From positions 224,001-288,000 of the forward strand of contig CP010425.1 in the NCBI GenBank assembly GCA_000830295.1: 64,000 nucleotides of DNA, written 5' to 3'. A program made the translations under genes and the position numbers. Source of the stretch: an archaeon GW2011_AR15 (GTDB lineage: Archaea; Nanobdellota; Nanobdellia; Woesearchaeales; GW2011-AR15). Shown in pieces: positions 1-11,431 of the stretch. The notes beneath the pieces were generated by a model. The model was not told the DNA's origin. It saw nothing but the letters and a program-made list of their open reading frames with translations, and searched no databases. How positions within the stretch are numbered: the stretch's first letter is position 1; each line of letters opens with the position of its first letter.

Positions 1-468
1 AAGAATGATTAGCTTGCCGCCGAGATGTTCAAACATAAAATATCCTTCCTTATCATCACATCCCCAGGGATCATTATCTGAATTTATGAAAATAATCTCT
101 TTGGCGTTATGCTTTATCTTCTTCCAGTTATATTTTTCCTGCAATATTAATTCAGTCTTCTTTGCTTTTCCTTTGGGTCTTGCATAGCCTGCCACTAAAA
201 CTGCCTTATGGATTCTTACTTTGATGTTTTCTAAAACTGCCAATGCTAATGGAGCCCCTGCAGAATGCCCGATTATTATGGTCTTATCATTGAATTCCCC
301 GCTTTTAAGCACAAAAGGAAGCTGCGATTTAAGATTTGGCGTATCGGGCTCCGGAAGCGAAGGTACCCACACATCATACCCTTTGTTCTGTAAAAATTCT
401 TTTATCTTGGGCTGCCAGAATGAATTTGGATTGCAGGAGGTTCCATGCAGGATAATTGCATTCTTCAT
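1..468 (-). CDS. alpha/beta hydrolase, YdeN/RBBP9-like (3' end outside window)
   Basis: Manual translation MKNAIILHGTSCNPNSFWQP...IIGHSAGAPL...INSDNDPWG; GxSxG nucleophile elbow; absent from the ORF track because it runs off the edge. Confidence 0.85.
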   Translation of the reverse strand, partial: MKNAIILHGTSCNPNSFWQPKIKEFLQNKGYDVWVPSLPEPDTPNLKSQLPFVLKSGEFNDKTIIIGHSAGAPLALAVLENIKVRIHKAVLVAGYARPKGKAKKTELILQEKYNWKKIKHNAKEIIFINSDNDPWGCDDKEGYFMFEHLGGKLIIL

Positions 469-524
469 GCATGAAAGAGGTTTTCCTTTGTATATAAATA
501 TTACCTGATAAAACAGGACTAAAT

Positions 525-548
525 AAATATTTAAACTGGCAAATATTT
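525..548. promoter_or_regulatory. putative ArsR operator overlapping the arsR promoter
   Basis: Palindromic AAATATTT at 525-532 and 541-548 (16-bp period), overlapping TATA-like TTTAAA. Confidence 0.5.
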
Positions 549-557
549 GCTGTGATT

Positions 558-806
558 ATGGACGTGTCAGAATATTTCGGGATACTTGCAGACAAGACAA
601 GATTAAGGATAATAGACTTTCTGCAGGATGGGGAAAAATGCGCCTGCGAAATAGTGCCATACACCGGCAAATCACAGCCAAACGTCTCGCTTCACCTCAA
701 AAAGATGGAAGAAATCGGGATATTATCTTCAAGGAAAGACGCTACCAGGGTATTGTATAAAATAAAGGATAAAAGAGTAAATGAACTTCTCAAAATTCTA
801 AAATAA
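558..806 (+). CDS. arsR: ArsR/SmtB family transcriptional repressor
   Basis: LADKTRLRII...EKCACEI...SQPNVSLHLKKM winged HTH with a CxC metal site; upstream of an ArsP-type permease. Confidence 0.85.
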   Translation: MDVSEYFGILADKTRLRIIDFLQDGEKCACEIVPYTGKSQPNVSLHLKKMEEIGILSSRKDATRVLYKIKDKRVNELLKILK

Positions 807-808
807 CA

Positions 809-848
809 AGATATTTAAGTTAGTAAATATTTGTGAATATAAATATTT
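809..848. promoter_or_regulatory. putative ArsR operator array upstream of the permease
   Basis: AGATATTT 809-816, AAATATTT 825-832 and 841-848, same 16-bp period as upstream of arsR. Confidence 0.5.
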
Positions 849-866
849 GTAAAGAGGATTAATATC

Positions 867-1847
867 ATGGATATTTTTAGCCCTGTCCGGTCATTTGCAG
901 ACCTTATTACCTATGATTTACTTAATCTGGGAAAGGACTCTTATCTCGGAAGTGCGGCAAATTTCTTCATATATGATGTAATAAAGATTGGTTTCCTCCT
1001 TCTGATAATAAACTATAGCATGGCAGTCATAAGATATTATTTCCCAATGGAAAAAGTAAAAAATATCCTGACAAAAAGAAGATGGCTCGGCCTGGATTAT
1101 CTGTTTGCAGCCCTGCTCGGCGTCATAACTCCCTTTTGCTCATGCTCATCAATACCTCTCTTTATAGGCTTTGTAGGAGCAGGCATCCCGCTTGGAGTGA
1201 CCTTTGCTTTCCTGATCAGCTCTCCGCTCGTGAATGAGGCCTCCCTTTATCTCTTCCCTGCAATGTTCGGGATAAAAGCTACCCTGATCTATAATATAAT
1301 CGGAATTGCTGTAGCAGTAACCGGAGGGATGATTATACAGAAGCTTAAGCTTGATAAATATGTAAGCCGGGAGCTATTGAAATTCAGGTCCAGGCTGCAA
1401 ATCTTAAAAGAGCAGGGTGGCAGGCCGCTGCAGCTTAAAGAACTTGTTAGATACTGGTGGCAGGACGGATGGAATATAACAAGACAGGTTTTCCCTTATG
1501 TTCTGCTGGGCGTTGGCATCGGAGCTGCTATCCACGGGTTTGTCCCTGCCAGCCTGGCAGAAAGATACCTGTCTTCAAAAGAGTGGTGGGCAGTGCCTCT
1601 TGCAGTTCTCATCGGTGCGCCGTTTTATGCAAATTCTGTAGGAGTCATCCCGGTAATGGAAGCACTGGTCGGAAAAGGAGTGCCTCTTGGGACTGCATTG
1701 GCATTCATGACGTCTATAGTAACTGTCTCAGTCCCCGAGCTACTAATCCTTAGAAAAGTTATGAAATGGCAGCTTCTAGCCACATTTTTGAGCATTACAA
1801 TTATTGGAATTGTTATTATGGGGTATGCTTTGAATGCAATCCTATGA
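867..1847 (+). CDS. arsP: ArsP/DUF318 family permease
   Basis: TPFCSCSSIP and FLISSPLVN motifs, multiple TM segments, next to arsR. Confidence 0.85.
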   Translation: MDIFSPVRSFADLITYDLLNLGKDSYLGSAANFFIYDVIKIGFLLLIINYSMAVIRYYFPMEKVKNILTKRRWLGLDYLFAALLGVITPFCSCSSIPLFIGFVGAGIPLGVTFAFLISSPLVNEASLYLFPAMFGIKATLIYNIIGIAVAVTGGMIIQKLKLDKYVSRELLKFRSRLQILKEQGGRPLQLKELVRYWWQDGWNITRQVFPYVLLGVGIGAAIHGFVPASLAERYLSSKEWWAVPLAVLIGAPFYANSVGVIPVMEALVGKGVPLGTALAFMTSIVTVSVPELLILRKVMKWQLLATFLSITIIGIVIMGYALNAIL

Positions 1848-1865
1848 ATCTTTAGAGAAAAGGAG

Positions 1866-1962
1866 TAGCCCCGCCAGGATTTGAACCTGGGTCGCAAGGT
1901 GCCTCCAGTGAAATTATTCATCTGCCAGAGCCTTGCATGATTGGCCGCTACACTACGGGGCT
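1866..1962 (-). tRNA. tRNA-Gln(CTG) with 24-nt intron at 37/38 (1901-1924)
   Basis: AGCCCCG/CGGGGCT acceptor stem, CAAGG-CT-CTG-G[intron]A-CCTTG anticodon arm, GTTCAAATC T loop; bulge-helix-bulge (CTCT/GGAG helix, two 3-nt bulges). Confidence 0.93.
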
Positions 1963-2011
1963 AAAGTGTGTTAGTTATAATTTGATGAGAAATCTAGGTG
2001 TTTTATAAGAT

Positions 2012-2785
2012 TTATTCTTTTTTCTTGGCTGCTTTTGCCTTTGGCTCTTTTTTTACAGCAGGCTTTTTTGCAGCTGCCTTCTTCTTTGGCTTTTCTTCCT
2101 TGGCTTCTGCTGGCGTTTCCTCGGTCTTGGGAATGCCTGCTTCAATATCCTCAGCTTTTGGCTCTTCAGCGAGAGCTTTCTCCTGTGCCTTCTTGCTTAC
2201 ATATTCATCCGGCTCTTTCTCCACAACCCTGATGATGATGCCCTTCAGAGGATAAATCACATTGAATTTCTTCTTCAGGTCATTCTGTATCTTGTTCTGT
2301 ATGATCTCAGTATAGAGCTCTTCATAGGAAACGCCTGTAACAAACTTAACTAGTTCTGCCTTAAGCTCTGCTCTCAGCTTCTTTTCAACAGACCTGCTTA
2401 CCTTCTCCCTTGTTATAAGAAGCGGCTTGATCCTGATTTTTACACCGTCTTTTGTGGAAACGACGAAAGACTCATCTATCCTTGTAATGCTTCTCCTCAT
2501 GAGCCTTTTTACAGATGAGGGAAGATATTCATAAGAAACTATTTTTGTCTGGAGCTTGTTATCCTTGAAATCAGCTATCTGGAACTTGACTGCAATATTC
2601 TGCGACTTTATGTCACCTGTAACCTGCATAAGATTGACTTTCACAGTCCTCTTTATAGCCTCTGCAGGCTCGCTTAAGAATGATTCCCCTATAACCCTCT
2701 CTTCGAGGAATTTGGGAGCAGTTATCTTAATCCATTTCTTCTTCTTTATGCTTATCCTTGATGTTTTTGGTTTAACAACAGCCAT
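2012..2785 (-). CDS. rps3ae: 30S ribosomal protein S3Ae (eS1) with acidic then Lys/Ala-rich C-terminal tail
   Basis: KKKWIKITAPKF, RTVKVNLMQVTGD, KRLMRRSITRID motifs. Confidence 0.92.
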   Translation of the reverse strand: MAVVKPKTSRISIKKKKWIKITAPKFLEERVIGESFLSEPAEAIKRTVKVNLMQVTGDIKSQNIAVKFQIADFKDNKLQTKIVSYEYLPSSVKRLMRRSITRIDESFVVSTKDGVKIRIKPLLITREKVSRSVEKKLRAELKAELVKFVTGVSYEELYTEIIQNKIQNDLKKKFNVIYPLKGIIIRVVEKEPDEYVSKKAQEKALAEEPKAEDIEAGIPKTEETPAEAKEEKPKKKAAAKKPAVKKEPKAKAAKKKE

Positions 2786-2837
2786 ATGCTGTTTGAATTT
2801 GTGTATAGTTTAAAAAGCTTTTGGAGAATGGTAACAG

Positions 2838-3182
2838 TTACCGGAACTGTTTAAAGAAGTGAAGATACACTGCTGCTGCATTAGGCCCGAATTCTCCCAC
2901 GCCTTTCCTGGCTACTTCACCAGCAGACAATATCCTCTCGGCCGAATGCACTGATGAGTACAAAAGCCTGTAATCCCCGCCCAGGCCAATCTCCGGGTTT
3001 TCTGGGTCATTCACTCCGTCATATGAGACCTGGGTTCTTACATAGAACGTATGTACCGTGTCTGGCTGGTAAATCCCAATATAAGCTGAATTTCTGGTTA
3101 GCCTATCGCCATGCCCTACATTCGCCAGGACCCAGACAAAATCTCCTGGGCTAATTTTTCTCTCCAGGTCTGATTTATTCAT
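2838..3182 (-). CDS. hypothetical protein
   Basis: 114-aa ORF filling the gap, TATA-like element upstream; no motif recognised. Confidence 0.6.
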   Translation of the reverse strand: MNKSDLERKISPGDFVWVLANVGHGDRLTRNSAYIGIYQPDTVHTFYVRTQVSYDGVNDPENPEIGLGGDYRLLYSSVHSAERILSAGEVARKGVGEFGPNAAAVYLHFFKQFR

Positions 3183-3220
3183 CCTGTAACGAGAACTATA
3201 AGTTATTTATAAATATATAA

Positions 3221-5119
<1,899 letters not shown>

Positions 5120-5292
5120 CTAACTCATTGATGATTTTTCTTCTGGAATTTTATGCGAGAAAACCCCCTTTTCTCCTCTATAAATACTGAAAGTTCGGGC
5201 ATATTTAAATGTTGTGGTAAGTTTGACAGAAGGAGGATAATTTTAAATATATATTAATTAATCTAAACTTAAGAGGTGGGACACGCACCCGC

Positions 5293-6483
5293 ATGAAACC
5301 AGATGATTTAGGATATAAAGAATCACTCATATACCGGCTGGACACATACGGGAACGACACGTTTGTCAAAGCCTCTGAATATTCATCTTCTTTTCCAAAC
5401 ACGCCTTACCAGCATGTAAGGCATTATGCAACTTCCGGCTTTGAAGGCATACTAGCTGTCAGGGATGCCAATAATGAGTGGTATATCCTTACATTAGAAG
5501 AGAACCTTGACAGGATGCAGAAAACTATGAAGCAGCTGTTCCTTACCCAGCCAGAGGCTCTTGAAGCATCGCTGGAAGAAAAAAGAAAATTGTTTTCTGA
5601 TATTCCGGGGGAGCCAGTAGCTTTGAAAGATGCTCCGCTGTTTCTTGACGCAAATAAAGACAAAATCAGGGAAGCCATCATGGAGACACTGAAGATAAAT
5701 GCAGAAAAAGGCTATCTTGACCTTGATGCAAAAGACGGGCTGATCTACATAAGGCCCAATTTCTACAGGGACCATAAGCTGGATGAAAACGGGAATCTTG
5801 TTCCCGGGCTTGGCGTTGCCTCACTTAGCCACCATGCTGTGCTGGAGATAATGGTGCAGAACGTACCTAATTACCTTGCGAGCGCTCCGAAGTCAGGGGC
5901 CCGCATTCTTGTATATGATGAAGAACTGCACAGGAGAGTCATAGGGCTTCCTCCCTCAGATACGCCCCATCTGGGCTTCTCAGGCATGTCGAGGAAAGCA
6001 AAGCTTGGGGCAAACTACGGCGCCGGTGGAATGGTGAAGAACCTTGCCAATCTGCTTGGCTTTGATGAGGGCCTGCTTACTGATCATGACAGGAATGTGC
6101 TGGAAGGAGGAGGGGAAAACGCTTTCATGATAAAAGACAACAAAGTATACACCCCTCCGTTAACCCAGGCAATACTACCGGGGACCAAAAGGAACCTGGT
6201 GATAAAAATAACAAGGGCGCTGGGATATGAACTAATAGAAAAGAAAATTCCTCTTGAGGATTTCATAAACGCTGATGCAGCTGCATTTTCTGGAACATGG
6301 ACAGGGTTTGAGCCTCTCGGAAGCGTGGTGAACTGGAATCCAAAGATGGAGAGCAACTACCGGCCGCACAGGATTTTCGGAAATGTAAGTGAACAGTATT
6401 CAAATTATCTTCAAGGGTATCCTCTTGACTCCCGCCTTGAAAAAGTGCTTCCTGAAAAGGCCCATATTGACTTCAGCAGATAG
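5293..6483 (+). CDS. class IV PLP aminotransferase (branched-chain type), divergent
   Basis: HYATSGFEG, YIRP, KAKLGANY (PLP Lys), EGGGENAF, ILPGTKR. Confidence 0.8.
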   Translation: MKPDDLGYKESLIYRLDTYGNDTFVKASEYSSSFPNTPYQHVRHYATSGFEGILAVRDANNEWYILTLEENLDRMQKTMKQLFLTQPEALEASLEEKRKLFSDIPGEPVALKDAPLFLDANKDKIREAIMETLKINAEKGYLDLDAKDGLIYIRPNFYRDHKLDENGNLVPGLGVASLSHHAVLEIMVQNVPNYLASAPKSGARILVYDEELHRRVIGLPPSDTPHLGFSGMSRKAKLGANYGAGGMVKNLANLLGFDEGLLTDHDRNVLEGGGENAFMIKDNKVYTPPLTQAILPGTKRNLVIKITRALGYELIEKKIPLEDFINADAAAFSGTWTGFEPLGSVVNWNPKMESNYRPHRIFGNVSEQYSNYLQGYPLDSRLEKVLPEKAHIDFSR

Positions 6484-6515
6484 GTTTTTATAAGACTGCT
6501 GGTTAACTTCTTATT

Positions 6516-7760
6516 ATGGATTTTTTGGACAAAATAAAACAGGATTTGCGTCCGGATACTTCAGCGCTTGTTGAAATAGGGATATTTGTAAAAGAGATAA
6601 ACAAAGAAATTAAAAAAAGCAGGATAAAAGCCTCCTGTGTTGCAGGCGGCAGTGTTGCAAAAGGCACATTCCTGAAAGGCGATTTTGATGTTGACCTGTT
6701 TGTTAAATTTGATTACTCATACAAAGATAAGGATATATCAAAGCTGCTCAAAAAAATTCTCAGGAAATTCAGGCCGGTAACTCTCCACGGCTCAAGGGAT
6801 TATTACCAGATAAGGCATGACAGCCTGAATTACGAGATTGTCCCTGTCCTGAATATAAAGAACCCTGAAAAAGCCCTCAATGTAACTGACATGAGCTTCA
6901 TACATGTTGACTGGGTAAAGAAAAAGCTGAAAAAAGGGCAGGAGGATGAGATAAGATTAACTAAGAAATTCTGCAAAGTCATTGGGGTCTATGGTGCCGA
7001 ATCATATATACAGGGATTCTCTGGGCATGTTATTGACATCCTGATAGTGCATTACGGCTCTTTCCTCAATTTGCTGAAAGCCTCCCAGAAATGGAAGCCT
7101 AAATTAGTTATAGATGCAAAAAAGCACTACAAAAATTCCGCTGATGTGAAGTTCAACATCAACAAGTCAAAGCTGGAAGGGCCAATGATTGTTGTTGACC
7201 CTATACTGAAAACAAGGAACGCTGCCTCTGCTGTTTCCATGGAGAAATTTGAGCTGTTCAGGAAAAAAACAAAGGAATTCCTGAAAAAGCCGTCTGAGGA
7301 ATTTTTTGTTGAAAAAAAGATAAGTGTGGAGTATCTAAAATCGAAGTACAGGAAGCATCTTGTTGTGCTGAAACTAAAAGCAGGAAAAGGCAAGCCAGAT
7401 GTCATCGGCAGCAGGATACTGAAAGCATTCAGGTTCATGGAATCAGAGCTGGCAAAAAAAGGGTTTGAAATAAAAAAAAGCGGGTGGCACTGGGACAAAA
7501 AGCAAAATGCGCTTGCGTGGTTTGTATTTGAAAATGCTGTCCTGCCTGAAACAAGAATTGCTGAAGGCCCCCCTCTCGAGATGAAAAAGGCATGCAGCGG
7601 CTTCAAAAAAGAGCATAAGAAAACTTTTGAGAAAAAAGGCAGGCTATGGGCGGAAATCAAAATAGAAAAGAGGGGGATTAAAAAGAATATAGAGGAGATT
7701 TCAAGGAAAAAATACTTCAGTGAAAAGATTGGACTTGAAGCTATAGAAAAGTATTTATAA
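6516..7760 (+). CDS. cca: CCA-adding enzyme, archaeal class I
   Basis: GGSVAKGTFLKGDFDVDLFV, GVYGAESYIQGFSG. Confidence 0.93.
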   Translation: MDFLDKIKQDLRPDTSALVEIGIFVKEINKEIKKSRIKASCVAGGSVAKGTFLKGDFDVDLFVKFDYSYKDKDISKLLKKILRKFRPVTLHGSRDYYQIRHDSLNYEIVPVLNIKNPEKALNVTDMSFIHVDWVKKKLKKGQEDEIRLTKKFCKVIGVYGAESYIQGFSGHVIDILIVHYGSFLNLLKASQKWKPKLVIDAKKHYKNSADVKFNINKSKLEGPMIVVDPILKTRNAASAVSMEKFELFRKKTKEFLKKPSEEFFVEKKISVEYLKSKYRKHLVVLKLKAGKGKPDVIGSRILKAFRFMESELAKKGFEIKKSGWHWDKKQNALAWFVFENAVLPETRIAEGPPLEMKKACSGFKKEHKKTFEKKGRLWAEIKIEKRGIKKNIEEISRKKYFSEKIGLEAIEKYL

Positions 7761-7782
7761 GTTATATTCTCTTCTCTTTATT

Positions 7783-8043
7783 ATGAAAAGATACATTGTT
7801 TTGATCTCGCTTGTCTTTCTGATTGCTGTTATTTCCGGATGTGCAACAGATGGGAACTATTCTAATGAAAATAATGGGGCAGACACTAATGAAACTGCAC
7901 AGGACGGGAAATGTTCGCCAAATAACGATATAGTCTGCACCATGGAGTACAACCCTGTATGCTGCAACGGCAAAACATACAGCAATTCCTGCGTTGCAAG
8001 GGCAAACTGCGCTACAGATTGTGTGGCTGGGGAATGTAGCTAG
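7783..8043 (+). CDS. lipoprotein with Kazal-type domain
   Basis: Lipobox AVISGC; CTMEYNPVCCNGKTYSNSC Kazal signature. Confidence 0.85.
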   Translation: MKRYIVLISLVFLIAVISGCATDGNYSNENNGADTNETAQDGKCSPNNDIVCTMEYNPVCCNGKTYSNSCVARANCATDCVAGECS

Positions 8044-8081
8044 GAAAATATTATAAACTCCATATTGTTTAATTTTCTCTG

Positions 8082-8738
8082 ATGTTTTCAGAACTTACTG
8101 CATGGATTCTTGAGGGAATAAGGACGCATGGGCTCCTTGCTGTCATAATCGGCGTTGCAATTGAGACAATAATCATCCCCATACCCAGCCCCCTCATTGT
8201 GATGGCTGCAGGCTACGTCCTGATACCGCAGGGAGCACTGATGGCTGTGCTCTGGAACGCTCTCTGGATTGCTGTTGTCGCAGGGCTGGCGCAGACAATA
8301 GGAAGCTACTTCCTGTTCTTCATAGGCTATTACGGCGGAAAGCCGATAATCGAAAAATATGAGAAGTGGCATGGCGTGTCATGGAAGGAAATAAAGGGAT
8401 TCCAGAAAAAATTCAGCAGGGGAGGAAAAGAAGACATAACTTTATTTACAATGAGGCTGCTGCCTATAATGCCTCTCTCTGTAATCTCCGGGGTTGCCGG
8501 CATCATGAAATATGACGTAAAAAGATACTCAGCAATGACCTTTCTTGGAGTAGTCCCAAGAAATATCTTTCTCGCGCTGCTCGGCTACAATTTCGGGGAA
8601 GTTTACACTCTTATCGCAGGCAGGATAGACCATGCAGAAACAATAATGACTGTGGTTCTTGTCTTGATTATCATTGCTTATGTTGCAGGAAAAAAAACAG
8701 GATATATAGATAAAGTAAGGAAAAACCTTTTAAAGTAG
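8082..8738 (+). CDS. DedA/VTT family membrane protein
   Basis: ETIIIPIPS, GYYGG, MRLLP motifs. Confidence 0.88.
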   Translation: MFSELTAWILEGIRTHGLLAVIIGVAIETIIIPIPSPLIVMAAGYVLIPQGALMAVLWNALWIAVVAGLAQTIGSYFLFFIGYYGGKPIIEKYEKWHGVSWKEIKGFQKKFSRGGKEDITLFTMRLLPIMPLSVISGVAGIMKYDVKRYSAMTFLGVVPRNIFLALLGYNFGEVYTLIAGRIDHAETIMTVVLVLIIIAYVAGKKTGYIDKVRKNLLK

Positions 8739-8756
8739 AGCAATTCAAAAATATAC

Positions 8757-9362
8757 ATGGCAGAGTTCAAGGGCTATATGGTAAGAAGAAAAGTAGTGCA
8801 TTTCCTGCTTGGAATAGCTTTTGTAATCTTTATCAATTCCGGGATTATCAACTACAAACAGGACCTGATACTTATCCTGCTATGCGGCCTGATACTTGCC
8901 TTCATTGCAAGCTGGTACATAAAGGTCAGGAGGCCAAAGCATCTCATTAATCTTCTTGCCCTATTCGACAAGCCAGAAGATCTTGCAAGCTTTCCGGCAA
9001 AAGGGGCCGTATTCTACATTCTCGGCGTGTTGATGTCTGTGTCGCTGTTTGACAAAGATATAGCCTCAGCATCAATAATGATACTGACAATAGGGGATCC
9101 TGCAGCCCATGTAATAGGAAACTATTACGGGAAAACAAAGACCGTAATCAATGAAAAGAAACTGCTTGAGGGGACTCTTGCAGGCACTCTTGCCGGTGCG
9201 GTTGCCGCCATGTTTTTCGTGCCCCTTCCAATTGCCTTCTTCGGCAGCGCTTTCGGCATGATGGCAGAAGCTGTTGAAGTTGAAGTGTTCAACCTGGATG
9301 ATAATTTCTTCATACCCTTTGTCTCAGGGCTTGTGATGAGCCTTATCTCACTGCTAATTTAG
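8757..9362 (+). CDS. dolichol/phytol kinase family (CTP-dependent) membrane protein
   Basis: RRKVVH, IGDPAAHVIG, KKLLEG, DDNFFIP. Confidence 0.85.
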   Translation: MAEFKGYMVRRKVVHFLLGIAFVIFINSGIINYKQDLILILLCGLILAFIASWYIKVRRPKHLINLLALFDKPEDLASFPAKGAVFYILGVLMSVSLFDKDIASASIMILTIGDPAAHVIGNYYGKTKTVINEKKLLEGTLAGTLAGAVAAMFFVPLPIAFFGSAFGMMAEAVEVEVFNLDDNFFIPFVSGLVMSLISLLI

Positions 9363-9980
9363 CAGTGCAAGAAGCTCCCTTGGGCTGTCGACAATTATAT
9401 CCGCATCCTTCAGCCTGTTCTTGTGGTGGAATCCGTATGTAACTGCAACTGTCTTTACTTTCGCAGCCCTGCCTGCTATTATGTCCCCGTCCATATCCCC
9501 GATATAGATGGCTTCTTCCGGGCTTACATCAAATTTTTTCAGGCATTTCAATAACAAATCCGGCTTCGGCTTCAGCTCCCCGTCATCCTCCGCGAAGTAT
9601 CCGTTGAAATATCCTGACAGCTTGTATTTCCCAAGCCTGTAGTTAAGCTCTGATTTGAAATTATTGGTGACAACGGCCAGCTTATATCTGGCAGAAAGCG
9701 CCTTAATGGCTTCTGGAATGCCGGGATACGGTTTTATGAGGGGGCTGTATTTTTTCAGGCCGGCCTTGAATATCCTGATGTTCCTCTCTATCTGCTCTTC
9801 TGTCACAATATTAAGCTTTCTTAATGTCTCTCTCCAGTCCAGTTCAAGAAGCTCTCTTAAGTATGCGTCATCATCAGGAATTTTGACCTTGAATTCTTCT
9901 CCGAGCTCTTTGTATATCTTTCTTGTGAAGGCAAAAGTATCCATTATCACGCCGTCATAATCAAACATTACAAGCTTCAT
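9354..9980 (-). CDS. HAD-family phosphatase (PGP-like)
   Basis: MKLVMFDYDGVIMDT, KPKPD, YIGDMDGD; start moved to ATG 9980. Confidence 0.9.
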   Translation of the reverse strand: MKLVMFDYDGVIMDTFAFTRKIYKELGEEFKVKIPDDDAYLRELLELDWRETLRKLNIVTEEQIERNIRIFKAGLKKYSPLIKPYPGIPEAIKALSARYKLAVVTNNFKSELNYRLGKYKLSGYFNGYFAEDDGELKPKPDLLLKCLKKFDVSPEEAIYIGDMDGDIIAGRAAKVKTVAVTYGFHHKNRLKDADIIVDSPRELLALLN

Positions 9981-10072
9981 GAGGATTTGGATTGCTGCTT
10001 GATTTAAATAATTAGAGCCTCTATTTACTTTCTGCATAATTTAAATATAAGCTCATCCTATTTTGGGCTGGG

Positions 10073-10477
10073 ATGGTAACTTATGAATATGAAGGCCTGC
10101 AGCTTTTAAGGAGAAAACCTATAAAAAAAGGCATAATAAGGCAGAAGTATGCTGGCAAGAACAGGAGTGAAAGTGTTGGAAATCTGGAAGCAGTATTGAT
10201 TGGTGCATTCGGAGCAATTGCAAAAGAGTACACAGGAAGAATTGACAGGCCTGCTTTTACAATAGGTGTGAGGGAAGCCGATTCAGAAGAGCCCTATTCT
10301 ATCTGGAGAACAGGATTTGTGAACCATCCAGAGCACAACTCCATATACACTTCGCCTTTCGCTTCCAGGTATATCTCATTTGAAGGCTATGAGGTATTAT
10401 TTAGTAAAATAGAATCTGCGAATGAGGTCTTGGAACTAAAACAATTATTCCATGAATATTTCAAGGCACAACCTTAA
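10073..10477 (+). CDS. hypothetical protein
   Basis: 134-aa ORF with TATA-like TTTAAATA about 25 nt upstream. Confidence 0.6.
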   Translation: MVTYEYEGLQLLRRKPIKKGIIRQKYAGKNRSESVGNLEAVLIGAFGAIAKEYTGRIDRPAFTIGVREADSEEPYSIWRTGFVNHPEHNSIYTSPFASRYISFEGYEVLFSKIESANEVLELKQLFHEYFKAQP

Positions 10478-10537
10478 TTCTCCAGGTCTTTATCTTAAGG
10501 CGTTAACTATTTAAACCCCTATAATTTCCAAGCCCTC

Positions 10538-10747
10538 ATGGCTAAAGACCTTCCCAAAAACGTGAAAAGGTTCGGTGCAAGGTATGGCAGGACCACAAGG
10601 CTCCAGTACGGAGCTATAGAAAGGACCCAGAGGGCCTTCCACAAGTGCCCATACTGCAACCAGAAGAAAGTAAAAAGGATTTCAGCAGGCATCTGGCTGT
10701 GCCAGAAATGCGGCTCAAAATTCACAGGGAAGGCCTATACTCTTTAA
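10538..10747 (+). CDS. rpl37ae: 50S ribosomal protein L37Ae (eL43)
   Basis: RFGARYG, CPYC...GIWLCQKC zinc ribbon. Confidence 0.96.
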   Translation: MAKDLPKNVKRFGARYGRTTRLQYGAIERTQRAFHKCPYCNQKKVKRISAGIWLCQKCGSKFTGKAYTL

Positions 10748-10755
10748 TCAAGAAA

Positions 10756-10893
10756 ATGGTACTATACAAATGTTTCCAGTGCAACAAGGAAATAGAAGAC
10801 TCAACCTTAAGGAAGAGAGTCAGGTGCATCTACTGCGGTTCAAAGATGCTGTATAAGCCACGAACAACCACAACAAAAGTCAAGGCAAGATGA
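10756..10893 (+). CDS. rpoP: RNA polymerase subunit P (Rpo12)
   Basis: YKCFQC...RCIYCGSKMLYKPR; conserved position after rpl37ae. Confidence 0.92.
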   Translation: MVLYKCFQCNKEIEDSTLRKRVRCIYCGSKMLYKPRTTTTKVKAR

Positions 10894-11108
10894 TAACTTG
10901 CACGCTTGAGATAAGCGAAAATGTCGGGGAGTTATACAAAGTTTTCCTGTCTGAAAAGCTGCAGTCGGACCGCGCGAGCTGCAGAATGACAAAGGGGAGG
11001 ACACTGAAATTCGAGATAGAGGCAAAGGACCCTGTCAGCATGAGGGCATTCACAAATTCGATTCTGAGAATAATTGAGACACATGAAAAAATTTCAAGGG
11101 TAAAATGA
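10890..11108 (+). CDS. pcc1: KEOPS subunit Pcc1
   Basis: EIEAKDPVSMRAFTNSILR; conserved rpl37ae-rpoP-pcc1-pfdB order. Confidence 0.82.
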   Translation: MITCTLEISENVGELYKVFLSEKLQSDRASCRMTKGRTLKFEIEAKDPVSMRAFTNSILRIIETHEKISRVK

Positions 11109-11425
11109 ACAAGGAAACAAAGGAAAAGCTGGAGCAGCTGCAGAATCTGGAGCAGAACATCAATTCTATTTTATCACAGAGGCAGCAGTTCCAGTCCCAG
11201 CAGCTTGAAATAGAAAATGCGATGGAGCAGGTAAAGGATACTGAAAAGGTTTTCAGGATAATAGGGAACATAATGGTTGCCTCAAAGAAAGAAGAGGTCA
11301 AAAAGGAGCTTAGGGAAAAGCTGGATATTGTTGAGCTGAGGCTGAAGACTCTGGAAAAACAGGAAGCAAAATTCCGCGAGAAAGCATCTGAACTGCAGAA
11401 GGATGTTATGAAGGAGATAAAGTGA
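11105..11425 (+). CDS. pfdB: prefoldin beta subunit
   Basis: Coiled coils flanking VFRIIGNIMV hairpin. Confidence 0.92.
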   Translation: MNKETKEKLEQLQNLEQNINSILSQRQQFQSQQLEIENAMEQVKDTEKVFRIIGNIMVASKKEEVKKELREKLDIVELRLKTLEKQEAKFREKASELQKDVMKEIK

Positions 11426-11431
11426 TGGAAG

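Noticed and set aside
2012-2200. Low-complexity Lys/Ala/Glu tail on eS1
   Set aside because: Such tails are common on archaeal ribosomal proteins; not a separate gene or repeat.
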